Shown: in pieces, positions 1-14,400 of the stretch | How positions within the stretch are numbered: position 1 is the stretch's first letter | How the letters are laid out: every line of letters begins with the position of its first letter | Origin: Eledone cirrhosa | Taxonomy: Eukaryota | Assembly (NCBI GenBank): GCA_964016885.1 | Contig: OZ024755.1 | Coordinates: 37,510,001 to 37,574,000 of the forward strand | Direction of reading: 5' to 3' | Length of the DNA stretch: 64,000 nucleotides | The notes under the pieces: generated by a model | What the model saw: the letters and a program-made list of their open reading frames with translations, nothing else | Told to the model about the DNA's origin: nothing | Database searches by the model: none | Translations under genes and position numbers: made by a program

Positions 1-72
1 TGTTAGAGGTGGGGGAGGAATGTAAGCAAGGCACAAGACACCATTTTTCTTTAGGGGCGGAGCATGAACAGA

Positions 73-208
73 TGGTGAATTAGCAGAGTCATTAAAACAT
101 CAGATAGAATGCCTTTCGGTGTTTGTTCCAGCATTCTGCTCACCAAATTCAAATTTCGTCGCGGTAAACTTTACCGTTCATCTTGCCAAGGTCGATAAAT
201 AAAGTACC
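73..208 (+). mobile_element. Diverged copy of tRNA-head SINE family A
   Basis: TGGTGAATTAGCAGAGTC...TTCAAATTTCGTCGCGGTAAACTTTACCGTTCATCTTGCCAAGGTCGATAAATAAAGTACC aligns by eye to the younger copies (e.g. 5171-5362). Confidence 0.6.
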
Positions 209-745
209 TTCCGGGTGTTGGCGTTCTGAGCTCAAATTCAGCCTTAGGTGCTGCTTACTAGAGCTAATCATCTGACCATGAGGGTCCCCACGTGCAATTG
301 AGCAGTCGGGGAAACTGCGTTCTAAAACCACAGAGATAAGCTGACATATATAACTGGTACTTTGTTTCGTTGATCACATTTTTGTTGAGCCGTTGAGTTT
401 CGCAACAAACACAGAAGGCGACAACACACACAGATAGATAGATAGACTTTTTCCTACTATATCAAGCCTTAAACTAATATATTTCTTCATTGTACTGTGT
501 TGTTTGCTTTGTTGATCCCATTTACGTTTTGGATACATACATATAAATACATACTTACACACACACAAGCCACCGATATATATATATATATAATTTGATA
601 CTTGGTAAAATCGAATCTCTGGCGGTTTGCAAGCAAATTCTGCCTACTATATGAAATAATGAGTTAGCAAAGCACTCGATAAGGTAGGTCCTTAGAGTAA
701 TAACATTCGTTTAAATAGATTGACAAATCGAACATTGTGTATATA

Positions 746-780
<35 letters not shown>

Positions 781-783
<3 letters not shown>

Positions 784-953
784 CAGAGGGTCGGACGCCA
801 TGTTTTGCAGCAAAGGGCTACAGCCCTTTATGGTCTGAGTTCAAATCCCGCCGAGGTTAACTTTGCCTTTCATCCTTACGGGGTCGATAAAATAAAGTAC
901 CAGTAATGTACTGGTTAAATTGCTGGCCTTGTGCCAAACGTAGAAATAATTAT
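781..953 (+). mobile_element. SINE family A (tRNA-derived head, Nin-like central domain)
   Basis: B-box-like GTTCAAATC, core GCCTTTCATCCTTACGGGGTCGATAAAATAAAGTACCAG, 3' TTGCTGGCCTTGTGCCAAA; ~14 related copies in window. Confidence 0.85.
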
Positions 954-1064
954 TATAGTTATCTGCTTGGTGACAACTATTTATTTGGAATGTGAATATA
1001 TAGTTAAATCAATAAATATTTTTTTATAAATAAGTCAATTGAAGTAAGATTGTGAAAGCCGGAG

Positions 1065-1750
1065 GAGATGTAAAGGGAGACCAGGTGAGCCGGTGTCAAC
1101 GTTTGTTTGACATGAGATGTAAAGGGGGACCAGGTGAGCCGGTGTCAACGTTTGTTTGACATGAGATGTAAAGGGGGACCAGGTAAGCTGGTGTCAACGT
1201 TTGTTTGACATGAGATGTAAAGGGGGGCCAGGTAAGCTGGTGTCAACGTTTGTTTGACATGAGATGTAAAGGGAGACCAGGTAAGCTGGTGTCAACGTTT
1301 GTTTGACATGAGATGTAAAGGGGGACCAGGTGAGCCGGTGTCAACGTTTGTTTGACATAAGATGTAAAGGGAGACCAGGTGAGCCGGTGTCAACGTTTGT
1401 TTGACATGAGATGTAAAGGGGGACCAGGTGAGCCGGTGTCAACGTTTGTTTGACATAAGATGTAAAGGGAGACCAGGTGAGCCGGTGTCAACGTTTGTTT
1501 GACATAAGATGTAAAGGGAGACCAGGTGAGCCGGTGTCAACGTTTGTTTGACATGAGATGTAAAGGGGGACCAGGTGAGCCGGTGTCAACGTTTGTTTGA
1601 CATGAGATGTAAAGGGGGACCAGGTGAGCCGGTGTCAACGTTTGTTTGACATGAGATGTAAAGGGGGACCAGGTGAGCCGGTGTCAACGTTTGTTTGACA
1701 TGAGATGTAAAGGGGGACCAGGTGAGCCGGTGTCAACGTTTGTTTGACAT
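1065..1750. repeat. 49-bp minisatellite, 14 copies
   Basis: Unit GAGATGTAAAGGGGGACCAGGTGAGCCGGTGTCAACGTTTGTTTGACAT starting at 1065, 1114...; near-identical copies; internal TGTCAA..TTGACA inverted repeat. Confidence 0.95.
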
Positions 1751-1850
1751 GAGTTGTCGGTAGAAATGAATCTTCAAGAATTTTGATGAAGGAGGTTTGT
1801 TTCGACAGAGTATTGAAACAACGTAAACACGTTTGTCAGGGAGAACGAGA

Positions 1851-1851
<1 letters not shown>

Positions 1852-1925
<74 letters not shown>

Positions 1926-2068
1926 CACACACACATATATATATACACACACACACATATATATATATACACACACACACATATATATATATACACACAC
2001 ACACATATATATATATATACACACACACATATATATATATATATATACACACACACATATATATATAT

Positions 2069-2103
<35 letters not shown>

Positions 2104-2148
2104 CATATATACACACACACACATATATATACATATATACACACACAC

Positions 2149-2181
<33 letters not shown>

Positions 2182-2360
2182 TATATATATATACACACAC
2201 ACAAACATATATATATATCTATATACATATACATATATACACACACACATATATACACACACACACATACATATATACACACACACATATATACACACAC
2301 ACACACACATATATATATACATATATACACACGCACACACACACATATATATATACATAT

Positions 2361-2391
<31 letters not shown>

Positions 2392-2536
2392 CATATACAC
2401 ACACACACACACACATATATATACACACACATACATATATACACACACACACACATATATACACACACACACATATATACACATATACACACACACATAT
2501 ATACACATATACACACACACATATATACACATATAT

Positions 2537-2567
<31 letters not shown>

Positions 2568-2592
2568 TATACACACATATACACACACACAC

Positions 2593-2623
<31 letters not shown>

Positions 2624-2712
2624 TACACACATATACACACACACACACACATATACACACATATACACACACACACACATATACACACATATACACACAC
2701 ATACATACATAT

Positions 2713-2791
<79 letters not shown>

Positions 2792-2874
2792 TACATATAC
2801 ACACACACATACATATACACACACACATATACACACACACATACATATACACACACATATACACACACACACAT

Positions 2875-2953
<79 letters not shown>

Positions 2954-3606
2954 TATACACACACACACATACATATACACACATATACACACACACACAT
3001 ACATATACACACATATACACACATATACACACATATACACACACACATACATATACACACACACATATATATATACACATATACACACACACATATATAT
3101 ATACACATACACACACACATATATATATACACATACACACACACATATATATATACATATATACATATATATACACATATACACACACACATATATATAC
3201 ACATATACACACACACATATATATACACATATACACACACACATATATATACACATATACACACACACATATATATACACATATACACACACACATATAT
3301 ATACACATATACACACACACATATATATACACATATACACACACACATATATATACACATATACACACACACATATATATACACATATACACACACACAT
3401 ATATATACACATATACACACACACATATATATACACATATACACACACACATATATATACACATATACACACACACATATATATACACATATACACACAC
3501 ACATATATATACACATATACACACACACATATATATACACATATACACACACACATATATATACACATATACACACACACATATATATACACATATACAC
3601 ACACAC

Positions 3607-3638
<32 letters not shown>

Positions 3639-4228
3639 ATACACATATACACACACACACATATATACACATATACACACACACACATATATACACATAC
3701 ACACACACACATATATACACATATACACACACACACATATATACACATATACACACACACACATATATACACATATACACACACACATATATATACACAT
3801 ATACACACATATATATACACATATACACACATATATATACACATATACACACACACATATATATACACATATACACACACATATATATACACATATACAC
3901 ACACACATATATATACACATATACACACAGACATATATACATATATACACACACACATATATACATATATACACACACACATATATACATATATACACAC
4001 ACACATATATATACATATATACACACACACATATATATACATATATACACACACACATATATATACATATATACACACACACATATATATACATATATAC
4101 ACACACACATATATATACATATATACACACACACATATATATACATATATACACACACACATATATATACATATATACACACACACACACACATATATAT
4201 ATATACATATATACACACACACACACAT

Positions 4229-4259
<31 letters not shown>

Positions 4260-4424
4260 TATATACACATATATACACACACACACATATATATACATAT
4301 ATACACACACACATATATACATATATACACACATACATACATATATATATATATTTATACACACACACACACATATATACACACACACACATATATACAC
4401 ACACACACATATATACACACACAC

Positions 4425-4467
<43 letters not shown>

Positions 4468-4484
4468 CACACACACACACACAC

Positions 4485-4541
<57 letters not shown>

Positions 4542-4568
4542 TATATATATACACACACACACACACAC

Positions 4569-4609
<41 letters not shown>

Positions 4610-4848
4610 CACACACACACACATATATATATACACACACACACATATATACACGCACACATATATATACACATATATACACACACATATATATACACAC
4701 ACATATACACACACATATACAGCCACACATATATACATACACATATATACACACATATATACACACATATATATATACACACACATACACACACATACAT
4801 ATACACACACACATACACATATATATATATATATACACACAAATATAT
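1852..4848. repeat. ~3 kb compound (CA)n/(TA)n microsatellite with local ~26-bp periodicity
   Basis: Almost uninterrupted purine-pyrimidine alternation; 26-bp period around 3181-3600; source of the spurious 700-1000 aa ORFs. Confidence 0.97.
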
Positions 4849-5170
4849 GTTAATATTGGGGGTTACCAATATAGATCCTGGTAAAACTCAGAGAAACTAT
4901 GTTATCCATATTTCTTGATACAACATTAATTTAAAATCGGCTGAGGATGTTCTCAGCTGATGTAGAGTCTGTTGTAGATTAGGCTACGGACTGCAGAGCT
5001 CACAATTTATAACTGGAGGGAGAATAACCAAGTTATACTTAAAACATAATTTTAATTCTACAAATTATAACGGCGGGCCATATCACAATATATACGAGAT
5101 GTCTGTCCGTCGCTCTACATATCTTCAGGAATTTATATATTGTTATAAGTTTCAAGAGTATTATATACTA

Positions 5171-5362
5171 GGGCAGTGAATTGGCAGTATCGGTAGAGGC
5201 TGGGATGCCATGATTTGACGCATAGGGTTACGGCCCTTGCCATTCTGAGTTCAAATCCCGCCGAGGTCAACTTTGCCTTTCATCCTTACGAGGTCGATAA
5301 AATAAAGTACCAGTAATGCACTGGGTAATTGCTGGCCTTGTGCCAAAAGTAAAAACAATTAT
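5171..5362 (+). mobile_element. SINE family A, near full length
   Basis: GGGCAGTGAATTGGCAGTATCGG (A-box-like), GTTCAAATC (B-box-like), family core and 3' end. Confidence 0.87.
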
Positions 5363-5455
5363 AATAGAATTGAGATATCAGTAAATAAATATAGAAAGAT
5401 ATAATTAATTATTTTATGTTGCTGCAGTTCACTCCGCTGCAAAAATGAGCTGTGC

Positions 5456-8400
5456 CTGTGATTCAAGGGGCCAGGTTTATCACACACCGTATGAGGCTGG
5501 ATCTCTGTGATTCAAGGGGCCAGGTTTATCACACACTGTGTGAGGCTGGGTCTCTGTGATTCAAGGGGCCAGGTTTATCACACACCGTATGAGGCTGGAT
5601 CACTGTGATTCAAGGGGCCAGGTTTATCACACACTGTGTGAGGCTGGGTCTCTGTGATTCAAGGGGCCAGGTTTATCACACACTGTGTGAGGCTGGATCT
5701 CTGTGATTCAAGGGGCCAGGTTTATCACACACTGTGTGAGGCTGGGTCTCTGTGATTCAAGCGGCCAGGTTTATCACACACTGTGTGAAGCTGGGTCTCT
5801 GTGATTCAGGGGGCCAGGTTTATCACACACTGTGTGAGGCTTGATCACTGTGAATCAAGGGGCCAGGTTTATCACACACTGTGTGAGGCTGGATCACTGT
5901 GATTCAAGGGGCCAAGTTTATCACAGACTGTGTGAGGCTTGATCACTGTGAATCAAGGGGCCAGGTTTATCACACACTGTGTGAGGCTGGGTCTCTGTGA
6001 TTCAAGGGGCCAGGTTTATCACACACTGTGTGAGGCTGGGTCACTGTGTTTCAAGGGGCCAGGTTTATCACACACTGTGTGAGGCTGGATCTCTGTGATT
6101 CAAGGGGCCAGGTTTATCACACACTGTGTGAGGCTGGATCTCTGTGATTCAAAGGGCCAGGTTTATCACACACTGTGTGAGGCTGGATCACTGTGATTCA
6201 AGGGGCCAGGTTTATCACACACTGTGGGAGGCTGGATCACTATGATTCAAGGGGCCAGGTTTATCACACACTGTGTGAGGCTGGGTCTCTGTGATTCAAG
6301 GGGCCAGGTTTATCACACACTGTGTGAGGCTGGATCTCTGTGATTCAAGGGGCCAGGTTTATCACACACTGTGTGAGGCTGGGTCTCTCTGAATCAAGGG
6401 ACCAGGTTTATCACACACTGACTGAGGCTGGATCACTGTGATTCAAGGGGCCAGGTTTATCACACACTGTGTGAGGCTGGGTCTCTATGATTCAAGGGGC
6501 CAGGTTTATCACACACTGTGTGAGGCTGGGTCTCTGTGAATCAAGGGGCCAGGTTTATCACACTTGCGTGAGGCTGGATCTCTGTGATTCAAGGGGCCAG
6601 GTTTATCACACACTGTGTGAGGTTGGGTCTGTGATTCAAGGGGCCAGGTTTATCACACACTGTGTGAGGCTGGGTCTCTGTGATTCAAGGGGCCAGGTTT
6701 ATCACACACTGTGTGAAGCTGGGTCTCTGTGATTCAAGGGGCCAGGTTTATCACACACTGTGTGAGGCTGGGTCTCTGTGATTCAAGGGGCCAGGTTTAT
6801 CACACACTGTGTGAGGCTGGATCTCTGTGATTCAAGGGGCCAGGTTTATCACACAGTGTGTGAGGCTGGGTCTCTGTGATTCAAGGGGCCAGGTTTATCA
6901 CACACTGTGTGAGGCTGGGTCTCTGTGATTCAAGGGGCCAGGTTTATCACACACTGTGTGAGGCTGGGTCACTGTGATTCAAGGGGGCCAGGTTTATCAC
7001 ACACTGTGTGAGGCTGGATCTCTGTGATTCAAGGGGCCAGGTTTATCACACACTGTGTGAGGCTGGATCTCTGTGATTCAAAGGGCCAGGTTTATCACAC
7101 GATGTGTGAGGCTGGATCACTGTGATTCAAGGGGCCAGGTTTATCACACACTGTGGGAGGCTGGATCACTATGATTCAAGGGGCCAGGTTTATCACACAC
7201 TGTGTGAGGCTGGGTCTCTGTCATTCAAGGGGCCAGGTTTATCACACACTGTGTGAGGCTGGGTCTCTGTGATTCAAGTGGCCAGGTTTATCACACACTG
7301 TGTGAGGCTGGGTCTCTGTCATTCAAGGGGCCAGGTTTATCACACACTGTGTGAGACTGGATCACTGTGAATCAAGGGGCCAGGTTTATCACACTGTGAA
7401 TCAAGGGGCCAGGTTTATCACACACTGTGTTATGCTGGGTCTCTGTGATTCAAGGGGCCAGGTTTATCACACACTGTGTGAGGCTGCATCTCTGTGATTC
7501 AAGGGGCCAGGTTTATCACACACTGTGTGAGGCTGGATCTCTGTGATTCAAGGGGCCAGGTTTATCACACACTGTGTGAGGCTGGGTCTCTGTGATTCAA
7601 GGGGCCAGGTTTATCACACACTGTGTGAGGCTGGGTCTCTGTGATTCAAGGGGCCAGGTTTATCACACACTGTGTGAGGCTGGGTCTCTGTGATTCAAGG
7701 GGCCAGGTTTATCACACACTGTGTGAGGCTGGATCACTGTGAATCAAGGGGCTAGGTTTATCACTGTGAATCAAGGGGCCAGGTTTATCACACACTGTGT
7801 TATGCTGGGTCTGTGATTCAAGGGGCCAGGTTTATCACACTGTGATTCAAGGGGCCAGGTTTATCACACACTGTGTGAGGCTGGATCTCTGTGATTCAAG
7901 GCGCCAGGTTTATCACACACTGTGTGAGGCTGGGTCTCTGTGATTCAAGGGGCCAGGTTTATCACACACTGTGTGAGGCTGGGTCTCTGTCATTCAAGGG
8001 GCCAGGTTTATCACACACTGTGTGAGGCTTGATCACTGTGAATCAAGGGGCCAGGTTTATCACACACTGTGTGAGGCTGGATCACTGTGATTCAAGGGGC
8101 CAGGTTTATCACACACTGTGTGAGGCTTGATCACTGTGAATCAAGGGGCGAGGTTTATCACACACTGTGTGAGGCTGGGTCTCTGTGATTCAAGGGGCCA
8201 GGTTTATCACACACTGTGTGAGGCTGGGTCACTGTGTTTCAAGGGGCCAGGTTTATCACACACTGTGGGAGGCTGGATCTCTGTGATTCAAAGGGCCAGG
8301 TTTATCACACACTGTGTGAGGCTGGATCACTGTGATTCAAGGGGCCAGGTTTATCACACACTGTGGGAGGCTGGATCACTATGATTCAAGGGGCCAGGTT

Positions 8401-11400
8401 TATCACACACTGTGTGAGGCTGGGTCTCTGTGATTCAAGGGGCCAGGTTTATCACACACTGTGTGAGGCTGGGTCTCTGTGATTCAAGGGGCCAGGTTTA
8501 TCACACACTGTGTGAGGCTGGGTCTCTGTGATTGAAGGGGCCAGGTTTATCACACACTGTGTGAGGCTGGGTCTCTGTGATTCAAGGGGCCAGGTTTATC
8601 ACACACTGTGTGAGGCTGGATCACTGTGATCAAGGGGCCAGGTTTATCACACACTGTGTGAGGCTGGATCACTGTGAATCAAGGGGCCAGGTTTATCACT
8701 GTGAATCAAGGGGCCAGGTTTATCACACACTGTGTTATGCTGGGTCTCTGTGATTGAAGGGGCCAGGTTTATCACACACTGTGTGAGGCTGGATCACTGT
8801 GATTCAAGGGGCCAGGTTTATCACACACTGTGTGAGGCTGGATCACTGTGAATCAAGGGGCCAGGTTTATCACACTGTGATTCAAGGGGCCAGGTTTATC
8901 ACACACTGTGTGAGGCTGGATCTCTGTGATTCAAGGGGCCAGGTTTATCACACACTGTGTGAGGCTGGGTCTCTGTGATTCAAGGGGGCAGGTTTATAAC
9001 ACACTGTGTGAGGCTGGGTCTCTGTGATTCAAGCGGCCAGGTTTATCACACACTGTGTGAGGCTGGGTCTCTGTGATTCAAGGGGCCAGGTTTATCACAC
9101 ACTGTGTGAGGCTGGGTCTCTGTCATTCAAGGGGCCAGGTTTATCACACACTGTGTGAGGCTTGATCACTGTGAATCAAGGGGCCAGGTTTATCACACAC
9201 TGTGTGAGGCTGGATCACTGTGATTCAAGGGGCCAGGTTTATCACACACTGTGTGAGGCTTGATCACTGTGAATCAAGGGGCGAGGTTTATCACACACTG
9301 TGTGAGGCTGGGTCTCTGTGATTCAAGGGGCCAGGTTTATCACACACTGTGTGAGGCTGGGTCACTGTGTTTCAAGGGGCCAGGTTTATCACACACTGTG
9401 TGAGGCTGGATCACTGTGAATCAAGGGGCCAGGTTTATCCCACACTGTGTGAGGCTGGGTCTCTGTGATTCAAGGGGCCAGGTTTATCACACACTGTGTG
9501 AGGCTGGATCTCTGTGATTCAAGGGGCCAGGTTTATCACACACTGTGTGAGGCTGGGTCTCTCTGAATCAAGGGGCCAGGTTTATCACACACTGACTGAG
9601 GCTGGATCACTGTGATTCAAGGGGCCAGGTTTATCACACACTGTGTGAGGCTGGGTCTCTATGATTCAAGGGGCCAGGTTTATCACACATTGTGTGAGGA
9701 TGGGTCTCTGTGAATCAAGGGGCCAGGTTTATCACACTTGCGTGAGGCTGGATCTCTGTGATTCAAGGGGCCAGGTTTATCACACACTGTGTGAGGTTGG
9801 GTCTCTGTGATTCAAGGGGCCAGGTTTATCACACACTGTGTGAGGCTGGGTCTCTGTGATTCAAGGGGCCAGGTTTATCACACACTGTGTGAGGCTGGGT
9901 CTCTGTGATTCAAGGGGCCAGGTTTATCACACACTGTGTGAGGCTGGGTCTCTGTGATTCAAGGGGCCAGGTTTATCACACACTGTGTGAGGCTGGATCT
10001 CTGTGATTCAAGGGGCCAGGTTTATCACACACTGTGTGAGGCTGGGTCTCTGTGATTCAAGGGGCCAGGTTTATCACACACTGTGTGAGGCTGGGTCTCT
10101 GTGATTCAAGGGGCCAGGTTTATCACACACTGTGTGAGGCTGGGTCACTGTGATTCAAGGGGCCAGGTTTATCCACACTGTGTGAGGCTGGATCTCTGTG
10201 ATTCAAGGGGCCAGGTTTATCACACACTGTGTGAGGCTGGATCTCTGTGATTGAAAGGGCCAGGTTTATCACACGATGTGTGAGGCTGGATCACTGTGAT
10301 TCAAGGGGCCAGGTTTATCACACACTGTGGGAGGCTGGATCACTATGATTCAAGGGGCCAGGTTTATCACACACTGTGTGAGGCTGGGTCTCTGTCATTC
10401 AAGGGGCCAGGTTTATCACACACTGTGTGAGGCTGGGTCTATGTGATTCAAGTGGCCAGGTTTATCACACACTGTGTGAGGCTGGGTCTCTGTCATTCAA
10501 GGGGCCAGGTTTATCACACAGTGTGAGACTGGATCACTGTGAATCAAGGGGCCAGGTTTATCACACTGTGAATCAAGGGGCCAGGTTTATCACACACTGT
10601 GTGAGGCTGGGTCTCTGTGATTCAAGGGGCCAGGTTTATCACACACTGTGTGAGGCTGGATCACTGTGAATCAAGTGGCCAGGTTTATCCCACACTGTGT
10701 GAGGCTGGGTCTCTGTGATTCAAGGGGCCAGGTTTATCACACACTGTGTGAGGCTGGATCTCTGTGATTCAAGGGGCCAGGTTTATCACACACTGTGTGA
10801 GGCTGGGTCTCTCTGAATCAAGGGGCCAGGTTTATCACACACTGACTGAGGCTGGATCACTGTGATTCAAGGGGCCAGGTGTATCACACACTGTGTGAGG
10901 CTGGGTCTCTATGATTCAAGGGGCCAGGTTTATCACACGCTGTGTGAGGCTGGGTCTCTGTGAATCAAGGGGCCAGGTTTATCACACTTGCGTGAGGCTG
11001 GATCTGTGATTCAAGGGGCCAGGTTTATCACACACTGTGTGAGGTTGGGTCTCTGTGATTCAAGGGGCCAGGTTTATCACACACTGTGTGAGGCTGGGTC
11101 TCTGTGATTCAAGGGGCCAGGTTTATCACACACTGTGTGAGGCTGGGTCTCTGTGATTCAAGGGGCCAGGTTTATCACACACTGTGTGAGGCTGGGTCTC
11201 TGTGATTCAAGGGGCCAGGTTTATCACACACTGTGTGAGGCTGGATCTCTGTTATTCAAGGGGCCAGGTTTATCACACACTGTGTGAGGCTGGGTCTCTG
11301 TGATTCAAGGGGCCAGGTTTATCACACACTGTGTGAGGCTGGGTCTCTGTGATTCAAGGGGCCAGGTTTATCACACACTGTGTGAGGCTGGGTCACTGTG

Positions 11401-14400
11401 ATTCAAGGGGCCAGGTTTATCACACACTGTGTGAGGCTGGATCTCTGTGATTCAAGGGGCCAGGTTTATCACACACTGTGTGAGGCTGGATCTCTGTGAT
11501 TCAAAGGGCCAGGTTTATCACACGATGTGTGAGGCTGGATCACTGTGATTCAAGGGGCCAGGTTTATCACACACTGTGGGAGGCTGGATCACTATGATTC
11601 AAGGGGCCAGGTTTATCACACACTGTGTGAGGCTGGGTCTCTGTCATTCAAGGGGCCAGGTTTATCACACACTGTGTGAGGCTGGGTCTCTGTGATTCAA
11701 GTGGCCAGGTTTATCACACACTGTGTGAGGCTGGGTCTCTGTCATTCAAGGGGCCAGGTTTATCACACACTGTGTGAGACTGGATCACTGTGAATCAAGG
11801 GGCCAGGTTTATCACACTGTGAATCAAGGGGCCAGGTTTATCACACACTGTGTTATGCTGGGTCTCTGTGATTCAAGGGGCCAGGTTTATCACACACTGT
11901 GTGAGGCTGCATCTCTGTGATTCAAGGGGCCAGGTTTATCACACACTGTGTGAGGCTGGGTCTCTGTGATTCAAGGGGCCAGGTTTATCACACACTGTGT
12001 GAGGCTGGATCTCTGTGATTCAAGGGGCCAGGTTTATCACACACTGTGTGAGGCTGGATCTCTGTGATTCAAGGGGCCAGGTTTATCACACACTGTGTGA
12101 GGCTGGGTCTCTGTGATTCAAGGGGCCAGGTTTATCACACACTGTGTGAGGCTGGGTCTCTGTGATTGAAGGGGCCAGGTTTATCACACACTGTGTGAGG
12201 CTGGGTCTCTGTGATTCAAGGGGCCAGGTTTATCACACACTGTGTGAGGCTGGATCACTGTGAATCAAGGGGCCAGGTTTATCACTGTGAATCAAGGGGC
12301 CAGGTTTATCACACACTGTGTTATGCTGGGTCTGTGATTCAAGGGGCCAGGTTTATCACACACTGTGTGAGGCTGGATCACTGTGAATCAAGGGGCCAGG
12401 TTTATCACACTGTGATTCAAGGGGCCAGGTTTATCACACACTGTGTGAGGCTGGGTCTCTGTGATTAAAGGGGCCAGGTTTATCACACACTGTGTGAGGC
12501 TGGATCACTGTAAATCAAGGGACCAGGTTTATCACACACTGTGTGAGGCTGGATCACTATGAATCAAGGGGCCAGGTTTATCACACACTGTGTGAGGCTG
12601 GATCACTGTGAATCAAGGGGCCAGGTGTATCACACTGTGAATCAAGGGGCCAGGTTTATCACACACTGTGTGAGGCTGGGTCTCTCTGATTCAAGGGGCC
12701 AGGTTTATCACACAGTGTGTGAGGCTGGGTCACTGTGATTCAAGGGGCCAGGTTTATCACACACTGTGTGAGGCTGGATCTCTGTGATTCAAGGGGCCAG
12801 GTTTATCACACTCTGTGTGAGGCTGGATCTCTGTGATTCAAAGGGCCAGGTTTATCACACACTGTGTGAGGCTGGATCACTGTGATTCAAGGGGCCAGGT
12901 TTATCACACACTGTGGGAGGCTGGATCACTATGATTCAAGGGGCCAGGTTTATCACACACTGTGTGAGGCTGGGTCTCTGTCATTCAAGGGGCCAGGTTT
13001 ATCACACACTGTGTGAGGTTGGGTCTCTGTGATTCAAGGGGCCAGGTTTATCACACACTGTGTGAGGCTGGGTCTCTGTCATTCAAGGGGCCAGGATATC
13101 ACACACTGTGTAAGACTGGATCACTGTGAATCAAGGGGCCAGGTTTATCACACTGTGAATCAAGGGGCCAGGTTTATCACACACTGTGTGAGGCTGGATC
13201 ACTATGAATCAAGGGGCCAGATTTATCACACACTGTGTGAGGCTGGATCACTGTGAATCCAGGGACCAGGTTTATCACACACTGTGTGAGGCTGGATCAC
13301 TATGAATCAAGGGGCCAGATTTATCACACACTGTGTGAGGCTGGATCACTGTGAATCAAGGGACCAGGTTTATCACACACTGTGTGAGGCTGGATCACTA
13401 TGAATCAAGGGGCCAGGATTATCACACACTGTGTGAGGCTGGATCACTGTGAATCAAGGGGCCAGTTTTATCACACTGTGAATCAAGGGGCCAGGTTTAT
13501 CACACACTGTGCGAGGCTGGGTCTCTGTGATTCAAGGGGCCAGGTTTATCACACACTGTGTGAGGCTGGGTCTCTGTGATTCAAGGGGCCAGGTTTATCA
13601 CACACCCTGTGAGGCTGGATCACTGTGATCAAGGGGCCAGGTTTATCACACACTGTGTGAGGCTGGATCACTGTGAATCAAGGGGCCAGGTTTATCACTG
13701 TGAATCAAGGGGCCAGGTTTATCACACACTGTGTTATGCTGGGTCTCTGTGATTGAAGGGGCCAGGTTTATCACACACTGTGCGAGGCTGGATCACTGTG
13801 ATTCAAGGGGCCAGGTTTATCACACACTGTGTGAGGCTGGATCACTGTGAATCAATGGGCCAGGTTTATCACACTGTGATTCAAGGGGCCAGATTTATCA
13901 CACACTGTGTGAGGCTGGATCTCTGTGATTCAAGGGGCCAGGTTTATCACACACTGTGTGAGGCTGGGTCTCTGTGATTCAAGGGGCCAGGTTTATAACG
14001 CACTGTGTGAGGCTGGGTCTCTGTGATTCAAGCGGCCAGGTTTATCACACACTGTGTGAGGCTGGGTCTCTGTGATTCAAGGGGCCAGGTTTATCACACA
14101 CTGTGTGAGGCTGGGTCTCTGTCATTCAAGGGGCCAGGTTTATCACACACTGTGTGAGGCTTGATCACTGTGAATCAAGGGGCCAGGTTTATCACACACT
14201 GTGTGAGGCTGGATCACTGTGATTCAAGGGGCCAGGTTTATCACACACTGTGTGAGGCTGGGTCTTTGTGATTCAAGGGGCCAGGTTTATCTCACACTGT
14301 GTGAGGCTGGGTCTCTGTGATTGAAGGGGCCATGTTTATCACACACTGTGTGAGGCTGGGTCTCTGTGATTCAAGGGGCCAGGTTTATCACACTGTGATT

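Noticed and set aside
1778-1832. TTGATGAAGG...GAAAC hammerhead-like string
   Set aside because: Core C3 missing and no convincing stem I or II
1733-4884. ORFs of 700-1033 aa in all six frames
   Set aside because: Translate a CA/TA microsatellite (Y/T/H/I or C/V/Y/M only); stop-free by composition
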